From the sequence record MH791404.1: a stretch of DNA of 64,000 nt. One strand, given 5' to 3'. The notes under the pieces are model-generated. The model searched no databases. It was not told the DNA's origin and was given only the letters and a program-made list of their open reading frames with translations. The position numbers and the translations under genes are program-made. Shown here piece by piece: positions 58,450-64,000 of the stretch. How positions within the stretch are numbered: the stretch's first letter is position 1; each line of letters opens with the position of its first letter.

Positions 58450-58467
58450 ATTAACGGAGAATTTGAT

Positions 58468-58653
58468 ATGTTGACTGGAATTTTTATTGTGTATTTGATT
58501 GGTGTTCTGGTATTCATTACCGCATTTGTGATTACCGATCATCAAGACCGAGAAGAGGATAGGACCCCTACTTTTAAAGAAGTTATGGATTATCTTTCTG
58601 TATCAGCAATTTGGCCCGTTTTGATTGCTATGTCGATTATTCGTAGTCTTTAA
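58468..58653 (+). CDS. Small membrane protein
   Basis: 61 aa with two hydrophobic segments; GGAG RBS. Confidence 0.75.
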   Translation: MLTGIFIVYLIGVLVFITAFVITDHQDREEDRTPTFKEVMDYLSVSAIWPVLIAMSIIRSL

Positions 58654-58692
58654 TCCCTAAATATGTTCATATCAACTATAGGAGAGTTTTAA

Positions 58693-58902
58693 ATGGCTAA
58701 GAATATTCATGAGAAAAGTCATGCCCGTGAGGGTCGTGGTGGTGCCAATGGTGGTAATGAAAAATGGTATAACTCCAAACTGTGGGAAAACGTAGAAGCC
58801 AAACAGGTTAGTCTGGATGCAAAGCCGGATGAACTGTTGAAAGAGAAAGAAGGTGAAGACCTTCGAGCAAAACAGCGTCGTATGTTCGCGATGGCTTATT
58901 AA
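58693..58902 (+). CDS. Hypothetical protein
   Basis: 69 aa; AGGAG RBS; CTAAATA at 58657. Confidence 0.75.
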   Translation: MAKNIHEKSHAREGRGGANGGNEKWYNSKLWENVEAKQVSLDAKPDELLKEKEGEDLRAKQRRMFAMAY

Positions 58903-58930
58903 AATAAACTAATAAGAAGGTAAAACAGAT

Positions 58931-59485
58931 ATGATGATATCGCCAAACAGTTTCTTTAGAGACGAATATGTTAGTATGGTAAACAAAAAATTAAAATTAT
59001 TTAAAAGTTCCGAATATCTAGACAGGAGTCGATTGATGATATCTCCTGATGCATTCCAACAAGAGTTGGGGACTATATGCTTGGATATGGGAAGACAAAC
59101 AGGAAAAACATCTGCTGCTATTATGTTGTTAGAAGAACATAAAGACGCTTTGTATGTTGTTCACAACCATCCTACTATCAGATCTATATTGTCGGTGGCA
59201 CCACATTTAAAAGACCAAGTGTTGTCAATTAGCGACTTTGTTAATAGGTTTTATTCTCGTGGTACATACAATCATGTTATTCATGGAAGTAGGATTGAAA
59301 AATATAGTATGATCATTATTGATGAACCCTATTTCACATGTACCAATGGTCAGAGACAATTCACTAATCGTAGTAGTTGTTCATATCACTTGGATGGTGG
59401 TAAACAAATAAATACCACATACGGTCTAATTAGTTATGCCGCATTCAGGATGGAATCATTAATCGTTAAATTAGGAATGCAATGA
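58931..59485 (+). CDS. P-loop NTPase-like protein
   Basis: Walker-A-like MGRQTGKT and Walker-B-like IIIDE. Confidence 0.6.
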   Translation: MMISPNSFFRDEYVSMVNKKLKLFKSSEYLDRSRLMISPDAFQQELGTICLDMGRQTGKTSAAIMLLEEHKDALYVVHNHPTIRSILSVAPHLKDQVLSISDFVNRFYSRGTYNHVIHGSRIEKYSMIIIDEPYFTCTNGQRQFTNRSSCSYHLDGGKQINTTYGLISYAAFRMESLIVKLGMQ

Positions 59486-59883
59486 AAATAGCTTATAAAT
59501 ATGATATGAAACGAATCTCAGATAGAGTATCTAGATTTGTGACTCTTGGATTAAAGACGGTTGCAAAGATCCACTATCTCCATCTTACAACCAACAATTA
59601 TGCGCTCCATATGGCACTTGATGAGTTCTATAAGGAATTCCCAGATGACTACCTAGATTCGGTTGCAGAGAGCGCCTTGGCTAACGACATCGAGTTGGTA
59701 TACAATCACTTTGAAGTTGCGTCAGACGACGCTCTGGGTGTGTTACAGGGACTTTACGACAACGGTTCTGAGTTGGCTGAGTTACTTGATGGAAAACCAG
59801 AGTTCAAAGGAACCCTAAACGCACTTGAGGATTCGTTGGAATTCATTAAGCTGGTGATCTACAAGGTAAAACGTTTCAAATAA
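59482..59883 (+). CDS. Dps/ferritin-like four-helix protein
   Basis: KIHYLHLTTNNYALHMALDEFYKEFPD..D..AE pattern. Confidence 0.65.
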   Translation: MKIAYKYDMKRISDRVSRFVTLGLKTVAKIHYLHLTTNNYALHMALDEFYKEFPDDYLDSVAESALANDIELVYNHFEVASDDALGVLQGLYDNGSELAELLDGKPEFKGTLNALEDSLEFIKLVIYKVKRFK

Positions 59884-59887
59884 AAAC

Positions 59888-59928
59888 ATCCCTCGTCTAT
59901 TGACGGGGGATTTTCATTTGTGTATAGT
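59888..59928 (+). promoter_or_regulatory. Sigma70-type promoter within a terminator-like stem-loop
   Basis: TTGACG (59900)-N17-TATAGT (59923) overlapping ATCCCTCGTC/GACGGGGGAT. Confidence 0.7.
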
Positions 59929-59961
59929 GAAGAAACTATAAGAATAAAAAGGGATATAAAG

Positions 59962-60213
59962 ATGTACGATGTAAAACGTGTTATTGAAATCTGCGAAGAA
60001 GCTTACGAAAAGGTAGAAGTTGTTGATATGGGTAACTATACCAAGATCAAAACTTTCTACACTAAAGTTTGCTTTTTTGATGAACCATGTGAAATGGTAT
60101 GTGAATATATTGTTGGTGTTATGGAATCCGGTATTGTTGTTACTAGATTCAAAGACAAACGGATGATGGTATTCAAGACGATTGAAGAGTTTTCTTATTG
60201 GGTAGGTGCCTAA
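59962..60213 (+). CDS. Hypothetical protein
   Basis: 83 aa from ATG 59962; AGGG RBS. Confidence 0.7.
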   Translation: MYDVKRVIEICEEAYEKVEVVDMGNYTKIKTFYTKVCFFDEPCEMVCEYIVGVMESGIVVTRFKDKRMMVFKTIEEFSYWVGA

Positions 60214-60246
60214 ATACCAAGGTAACCAACCTATAGGAAAACAAAA

Positions 60247-61098
60247 ATGAAAATGAAATTTAGTGAATTCGTTCAATTGGAAGAAAAATTGATGGTATTC
60301 GGAAAGAAGGCATACCCTAAGTTTAACAACGTCTTGATCTTGGCTGGTGGGGCTGGATCTGGGAAGGGGTTTGTTACTTCTAAACTTGTTGGTCTAGAAG
60401 GTATTACCCTAGACGTAGACCGTGTAAAAGAGCTTGCTATGGCTTCCACAAAGCTAGCAGGGCGCATTAAAGCAGAAACCGGGCACGATATATCCAAGTT
60501 TGACTTGAAGAAGCCAGAAAACGTTTCTACTCTGCATAGCCTTCTATCTGATGTATACAAGACAACCAAGAACATGGATAAACGTGTTTTTAATGGTGTA
60601 TTGGCTGCACCAGAGGATCGTAAACCTAATTTGATCTTTGACGTTACCCTTAAAGATATGGGTAAGATGGCTCAAATTGCAAAACAGGTTCGTGAACTAG
60701 GTTATAACAAGGAAAACGTTCATATCGTGTGGGTGATGAATGATATCAACGTTGCTATGAAACAAAACGCCGAACGTTCCCGTACTGTACCGGTTGAAAT
60801 TCTTGTTGCAACCCATGAGGGTGCAAGTATGACCTTCAAAAACCTAATGGCTATGGGTGAAGGTGCCCGGAGTTATGCCGATGGTGATTGGTATATTGCA
60901 TTCAATAAAATTGGTGTTGACTCTTCTATTGTTAAATCTGGTAAAGGTGGTTCTTATGTTAAAGAAGCAAACTACATAAGAGTTAAACAACAGGGTAAAG
61001 CTCCGATGAAAGCAACTGAACTTGATAAACAGATTGTGAATAAGATTTCTGATTATATTCCAAACCCAGAAACATGGGCTATGGTAATGAAGAAATAA
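60247..61098 (+). CDS. P-loop kinase-like protein with capsid-targeting-like N-terminus
   Basis: LAGGAGSGKGF Walker A; LIFDVT; N-terminus MKMKFSEFVQLEE; CTAAATA at 60210. Confidence 0.7.
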   Translation: MKMKFSEFVQLEEKLMVFGKKAYPKFNNVLILAGGAGSGKGFVTSKLVGLEGITLDVDRVKELAMASTKLAGRIKAETGHDISKFDLKKPENVSTLHSLLSDVYKTTKNMDKRVFNGVLAAPEDRKPNLIFDVTLKDMGKMAQIAKQVRELGYNKENVHIVWVMNDINVAMKQNAERSRTVPVEILVATHEGASMTFKNLMAMGEGARSYADGDWYIAFNKIGVDSSIVKSGKGGSYVKEANYIRVKQQGKAPMKATELDKQIVNKISDYIPNPETWAMVMKK

Positions 61099-61151
61099 AG
61101 GTACTAAATAAAAGGGGCATAATGCCCCTTTATCGTTTTGAGGTATTATAA

Positions 61152-61919
61152 ATGAAATTTTATTCTAAAGGTTCGTCTGTCACCTTGAGTTCAGAAATTA
61201 CCACAGAAGGTGCAACCTATGTGTGGAAAAAGGGATCTACTGTCATTTCCGGTAAAACAGAAAAAGACCTTATTCTTAGTTCTTTCGGTGCTTCTGATGT
61301 TGCCACTTATACAGTAACTGCAACGGTAGATACTACCGACACAGACACTGTTTTTGAAATCGGTATGGCTGAATTGGACCTTACACCACAACCACTACAG
61401 ACCATTACCCTTGAGGAAGGTGATAGTTTTTCGTCTACTATGACAGCAGTCGTTAAATTTACCCCTGATACCGCTGGTGATAACAAGTCTGATTTTACGA
61501 TCAAATATCAATGGAAGAAAGGACCCATTAACGTATCCGGTGCAACTTCTGCGGTATTAACAAAAAGCAACGTCGTTGTTGCGGACTCTGGTAATTATCT
61601 GGTCGAAACGACTCTTATGGATAAAACTACTTCTGGGCAAATGATTTCGACTAGAATGGTTGACCTAACCGTTATTACGAAGGTTCTTGAGTCTTTATGG
61701 AAAGTTATCCCTCTTGAGTATAGAGGAACTAGCTTTACTTGGATTGGGTACTGGGTTATTGACGAAATAAAGAAAAATCCATCTTGGTTTACAGACTATA
61801 GTTCTCTGAAATATAAAGACGAAATAGAAACCATAGTTAAAGCGTTTGATGAATATGGAGAAGTTGAACTTCAAGAATCCAGAAATGGTCGGATTCTAAA
61901 GGTAAGTGACTTAAAATAA
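61152..61919 (+). CDS. hoc: Highly immunogenic outer capsid protein Hoc (two Ig-like domains)
   Basis: Two Ig-like repeats (TYVWKKG, KYQWKKG) plus C-terminal PL.YR.TSFTWIGYWVIDEI...EVELQESRNG of T4 Hoc. Confidence 0.88.
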   Translation: MKFYSKGSSVTLSSEITTEGATYVWKKGSTVISGKTEKDLILSSFGASDVATYTVTATVDTTDTDTVFEIGMAELDLTPQPLQTITLEEGDSFSSTMTAVVKFTPDTAGDNKSDFTIKYQWKKGPINVSGATSAVLTKSNVVVADSGNYLVETTLMDKTTSGQMISTRMVDLTVITKVLESLWKVIPLEYRGTSFTWIGYWVIDEIKKNPSWFTDYSSLKYKDEIETIVKAFDEYGEVELQESRNGRILKVSDLK

Positions 61920-61942
61920 AAAGAGCCTTCGGGCTCTTTTTT
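61920..61942 (+). terminator. Terminator after hoc
   Basis: AAAGAGC-CTTCGG-GCTCTTT plus T run. Confidence 0.9.
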
Positions 61943-61984
61943 CATTTCCTAATCTCTAAATATGTTATATTAAGGAGAATTGAA

Positions 61985-62401
61985 ATGAAATATGAAAACA
62001 GTAAAGGTATAGATAGACAAAATATGCCTCAAATTGCAGCCGAGAACGTCCCCGGATTTTTGGATTGGTGTACAACAAACGGGGTTGGGTTTATTAAGGA
62101 AAGGGTTAAAGTAAAGACTTTACTTCCGACTCAATCAGAGTATAATGAAGAAAAAGTGGAAAAGATGAGAAGTGCACCATATAGTGTGTTATCAAAACCT
62201 ATTGTTGTTTCTGATGATAACTACATTCTAGACGGACACCATCGGTATAGTGCATTGTTAGCCAATGATGGTGATAACCTGATTGAAATATATCGGGTTC
62301 GTTGTGATATTGTGGATCTATTGATTGCTGCTCATAAGTTTCCATTAACATTTTATAAAGGGCTCAAAGAGAGTCGTAAAAAGTTTTCTGATTTTATCTG
62401 A
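61985..62401 (+). CDS. ParB/Srx-like N-terminal domain protein
   Basis: PTQ..., PIVVSDDNYILDGHHRY. Confidence 0.75.
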   Translation: MKYENSKGIDRQNMPQIAAENVPGFLDWCTTNGVGFIKERVKVKTLLPTQSEYNEEKVEKMRSAPYSVLSKPIVVSDDNYILDGHHRYSALLANDGDNLIEIYRVRCDIVDLLIAAHKFPLTFYKGLKESRKKFSDFI

Positions 62402-62409
62402 GGTATGAT

Positions 62410-62985
62410 ATGTCTAGTTTGCATTTCCATCATTCCGCAATGAATGCGGGAAAGAGTTCTCATTTATTGCAAGTTGCTTATAATTATGAAGAAAGGGGGA
62501 TGGGAGTTTTAGTTTTAAAACCTTGCATTGATACTCGTGATGGGGAAATGGTTTCTTCACGATTGGGGGTTTCTCGTCCATCAATTATGTTTTCTGATAA
62601 GGAGAATTTAACTGATCTTTATTTGAGTTATAAGATCGGAAAGAAAATAGATTGTATTCTTATCGATGAAGCCCAATTTATGACGGTCGAACAAGTAAAG
62701 CAACTGGCTTTTATTGTTGATAACTACGATGTTCCTGTTATGTGTTATGGTCTTATGTCTGACTCCAATGGAGAGATGTTTGATGCAAGTCGTCAACTTG
62801 TGGTTATGGCTGAACAAATTGTGGAACATAAAACAATTTGTTGGTGTGGTTCTAAAGCAACGATGAACCTTCGTGTTGATGAGAACGGCAAAAAAGTTAT
62901 TGGTGATCAAGTTTGTATTGGTGGGAACGATAGATATATTTCTGTTTGTCGTAAACACTGGGTTGCTGGTATGAGTGGAAAATGA
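62410..62985 (+). CDS. tk: Thymidine kinase
   Basis: SAMNAGKS, KP..DTR, ILIDEAQF, YGL..D..G.MF, CWCGSKA, YISVCRKHW. Confidence 0.97.
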   Translation: MSSLHFHHSAMNAGKSSHLLQVAYNYEERGMGVLVLKPCIDTRDGEMVSSRLGVSRPSIMFSDKENLTDLYLSYKIGKKIDCILIDEAQFMTVEQVKQLAFIVDNYDVPVMCYGLMSDSNGEMFDASRQLVVMAEQIVEHKTICWCGSKATMNLRVDENGKKVIGDQVCIGGNDRYISVCRKHWVAGMSGK

Positions 62986-63014
62986 AAAAGGGATCCCTAT
63001 TTGGGATCCCTTTT
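62986..63014. terminator. Bidirectional terminator between tk and e
   Basis: AAAAGGGATCCC-TATTT-GGGATCCCTTTT. Confidence 0.85.
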
Positions 63015-63018
63015 TGTT

Positions 63019-63519
63019 TTATGCGAATGGATAACCTTTGTAAGTACCAGTCTCAATAACGTCTGTAACTCTCTTAGCACGATTTGGTGTCTGTCTCGCC
63101 CAAGCACTAGCAAGACCGTGCTTCTTTGCTTCTACCCAGTTCTTGGAGCGCATAGCGCGAAGCATCGACGGGAAGCCATTTACACCTTTGGCCCCCATCT
63201 GAAAAACCATATTTTCCAATGCGGTTTTTCTGACTTCATCTAATCCAACATATGTAGACCATAAATCGACATACCCTTTCATAGAATTTCTAACTACTTC
63301 AAGATCTTTAGCAAAAAGTTGACTTTCTTCTGATTGAGTAATCTTACCGTCGGTAATAACCCTCCCAACATGGGAACTTAACTCACGGTTAATTTCCCCC
63401 ATATCTTTCGTACGAAGTTTCTTTATTAAATGACCAATACCGATAGTCGGATATCCTTCGGTATCCCAATAAACAGTAAGCTTCGAACCCTCGTCGAATT
63501 TAAGCATTTTTTCTAACAT
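63019..63519 (-). CDS. e: T4-type lysozyme (endolysin e)
   Basis: MLKFDEG..VYWDTEGYPTIGIGHL (E11/D20/T26), ALENMVFQMG..GV..F, S.WARQTPNRAKRV. Confidence 0.95.
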   Translation of the reverse strand: MLEKMLKFDEGSKLTVYWDTEGYPTIGIGHLIKKLRTKDMGEINRELSSHVGRVITDGKITQSEESQLFAKDLEVVRNSMKGYVDLWSTYVGLDEVRKTALENMVFQMGAKGVNGFPSMLRAMRSKNWVEAKKHGLASAWARQTPNRAKRVTDVIETGTYKGYPFA

Positions 63520-63540
63520 ATAATATTCTCTCTAAAATTA

Positions 63541-63560
63541 TGGACTCCCGAAGGAGTCCA
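63541..63560 (-). terminator. Hairpin after tail-fibre-like gene
   Basis: TGGACTC-CTTCGG-GAGTCCA on the minus strand. Confidence 0.7.
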
Positions 63561-63565
63561 AATTA

Positions 63566-64000
63566 TTAAGTTATCCGCTGTGCCAATGTTACGTTCCAAG
63601 AACCCCAACCGTCGCCGTTTTGGGAATTTGCTCTAGAAACACCCATCAGACGCCATGTACCATAGTTACAGGCAACCATATTAGTACCTTCCGCGTTCGA
63701 GAATGCAATCTGAGTACCTTGGAGAACAGTCCCCGGACCTTGTGGACCAAGGTTGGATTTGACTGTGACCATCGCATATGAACCAATATCCATATTGCCG
63801 CCGCCGTTGACGACTGATCTCAGTATTACACCATCTGGAATTGGGTTACTTGGTGAATAAACTCGTTGACCTACGTCGTGAACACCATTTCCTGTAACGT
63901 TGGTTCCAGCATTCAATGCACCCGTTAATGCAAGGTTTCCACCAGTGTCCAGTTGCATCCGAAGAGCAGTTTCACCGCCGGAACCATTTGACGTTGCAAA
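63566..64000 (-). CDS. C-terminal end of a tail-fibre-like protein (extends beyond window)
   Basis: Frame open to the window edge; LDTGGNL.LTG...QRVYSPSNP fibre motifs and a Gly-rich tip (GTWRLMG). Confidence 0.65.
   Translation of the reverse strand, partial: FATSNGSGGETALRMQLDTGGNLALTGALNAGTNVTGNGVHDVGQRVYSPSNPIPDGVILRSVVNGGGNMDIGSYAMVTVKSNLGPQGPGTVLQGTQIAFSNAEGTNMVACNYGTWRLMGVSRANSQNGDGWGSWNVTLAQRIT

Overview
This 64 kb window is the morphogenesis half of a large, AT-rich T4-type myovirus genome (Straboviridae-like). It carries rnlB/inh, the head genes (24, 23, 22, 21, 68, 67, 20), the tail, neck and terminase genes (19-13), wac, baseplate genes 12-6, 25, 5.4, 5.1, 5, 27, 53, 48, then 4, 2, 54, 26, 29, 3, 1 and 57A. 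After these come an accessory region, a tRNA cluster (10 intact tRNAs, 1 truncated) with structured non-coding spacers, hoc, tk, endolysin e and a partial tail-fibre-like gene. Product calls rest on recalled similarity to T4 proteins plus synteny, not on database searches. Gene order and divergence suggest a non-T4 lineage, possibly one of the large Aeromonas-type phages (inference only). Best leads: (1) a T TTT TTC -1 slippery site that would extend gp26 with a gp51-like C-terminal tail just upstream of the tape-measure gene; (2) a 1041-aa fibritin with five foldon-like motifs followed by a lectin/Ig-like gene; (3) a 121-bp inverted repeat bracketing about 42 kb of structural genes; (4) a non-coding leader with mutually exclusive terminator/antiterminator pairings; (5) CTAAATA rather than TATAAATA as the apparent late promoter. 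The assembly has three N gaps and scattered ambiguous bases.
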